The notes below the pieces were generated by a model that was not told the DNA's origin, ran no database searches, and was given only the letters and a program-made list of their open reading frames with translations. A program made the position numbers and the translations under genes. A stretch of DNA of 64,000 nucleotides from Octopus sinensis (Eukaryota): NCBI RefSeq assembly GCF_006345805.1, contig NC_043002.1:48236001-48300000 (forward strand), given 5' to 3'. Below, piece by piece: positions 62,690-64,000 of this stretch (positions are counted from its first letter, which is position 1; the number at the start of each line of letters is the position of its first letter).

Positions 62690-63305
62690 ACTCGTAGAAA
62701 CGCCGGACAAAACGCTTAATCCATTGCGTTCGTTTATACATTCTGACTTCAAATCCCGCCGACTTTACTCTTTTACTCTTTTACTCTCTTACTTGTTTCA
62801 GTCATTTGACTATGGCCATGCTGGAGCACCGCCTTTAGTCGAGCAAATCGACCCCAAGACTTATTCTTTGTAAGCCTAGTACTTATTCTATCGGTCTCTT
62901 TTGTCGAACCGCTACGTTACGGGTACGTAAACACACCAGAATCGGTTGTCAAGCGATATTTTTTTTTTGGGGGGGGGACACAGACACACAAACACATACA
63001 CACATACATATATATATATATATACATATACACGACGGGCTTCTTTCAGCTTCCGTCTACCAAATCCACTCACAAGACTTTGGTCGGCCCGAGGCCATAG
63101 TAGAAGACACTTGCCCAAGGTGCCACGCAGTGGGACAGAACCCGGAACTATATGGTTCGTAAGGAAGCTACTTACCACAGCCACTCCTACGCCTTTCATC
63201 TTTTAGGGGTAGATGAAAAAAGTACCACTTGAGCACTTGGGTCGATGTGATCGACTCGGCTTCTTCCCCAAATTTCTGGCCTTGAATCTGTAGTCAAAAG
63301 GATTT
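62690..63305 (+). mobile_element. SINE family A split in its core by a SINE B insertion
   Basis: 5' half ends ccgccgacttt (~62765); resumes gcctttcatc...ggccttgaatctgtag after 63195. Confidence 0.7.
62766..63195 (-). mobile_element. SINE family B, full length
   Basis: Colinear with 8131-8545; head aggagtggctgtggtaagtagcttcc...gcaccttgggcaagtgtctt. Confidence 0.88.
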
Positions 63306-63427
63306 TTATGACAGATTGCGTCATATTACTGATGAAGCTTGATCCTGATGCATGTTATTTGGTTTATATGTTTACAGTTAAAATTCACTTCGTATAGTTC
63401 TTTAGATGCTACATTCTAACTTTTATC

Positions 63428-63760
63428 TTTTACTTGCTTCAATCATTAGACTGCGGCTATGCTGGGGCAGAATTTTGAAGAAATTTTAGTCGAATGAATC
63501 GACCCCAGTACTTATATTTTCTTTAAGTGTAGTACTTATTCTATCAGTTTCTTTTGCCGAAATGCTAAGTTACGAAGACTTAAGCATACCAACACCGGTT
63601 GGAAACAAACACACACACACACACACACACACACATAACGGATTGCTTTCAGTTTCCGTCAACAAATTCACAGCTACCTAAGCTTTGCCACGAGGCGGGA
63701 CTGAACCTGGAATCTTATGGTTGAAAAGCAATCTTTTAACCACACAACCACACCCGTGCC
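63428..63760 (-). mobile_element. SINE family B, degenerate
   Basis: atcattagactgcggctatgctgg...atcgaccccagtactt...ttcagtttccgtc...ttaaccacac. Confidence 0.65.
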
Positions 63761-64000
63761 TTGTATATATTGACTTTAATTACGAGTAACTTTTTTGATG
63801 TGTAAATATATGAATTAATGTGAAACAAACAAATTCTTTAAACGTTAGTCTTTCAATGTAATTAATTACGAATTCTTTGAATTTCAATTACTATCTTTAA
63901 AATAGCTCATAATTGCCTGTCTACATCTTCAACGCGTAAATGTTTCTTTAGATTTTCTTGTTTCAACAATTTTCCTTTCACTTTTAAACATTTCATTTAG

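Noticed and set aside
62950-63195. SINE heads as tRNA genes
   Set aside because: A and B boxes are present but no full cloverleaf; each head continues into a SINE body.

Overview
AT-rich eukaryotic non-coding DNA, dense in microsatellites, with no host gene that can be called with confidence. The SINE families and repeat content point to a cephalopod, probably Octopus (inference). Most ORFs in the track are microsatellite translations. The window holds relics of R4/Dong and RTE non-LTR retrotransposons, mariner, maT-type and hAT DNA transposons, rolling-circle-type elements and about 20 tRNA-type SINE copies. The most notable content is a cluster of Penelope-like elements (PLEs) and hammerhead ribozymes (HHRs). 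(1) A ~6.9 kb fold-back element (26326-33213): ~2.5 kb inverted arms, each with a type I HHR, around a 5'-truncated RT plus GIY-YIG ORF. (2) Two unrelated non-coding elements with ~340-355 nt monomers (34224-34881, 42281-42795), each an inverted plus partial-tandem copy carrying minimal HHRs, like retrozymes. (3) A Neptune-type PLE whose 3' HHR has a compensatory U3-A8 core pair. Also seen is a ~183 bp SINE-derived monomer that occurs in tandem inside a SINE and alone with target-site duplications. Boundaries were set by eye; those of degraded relics are approximate.
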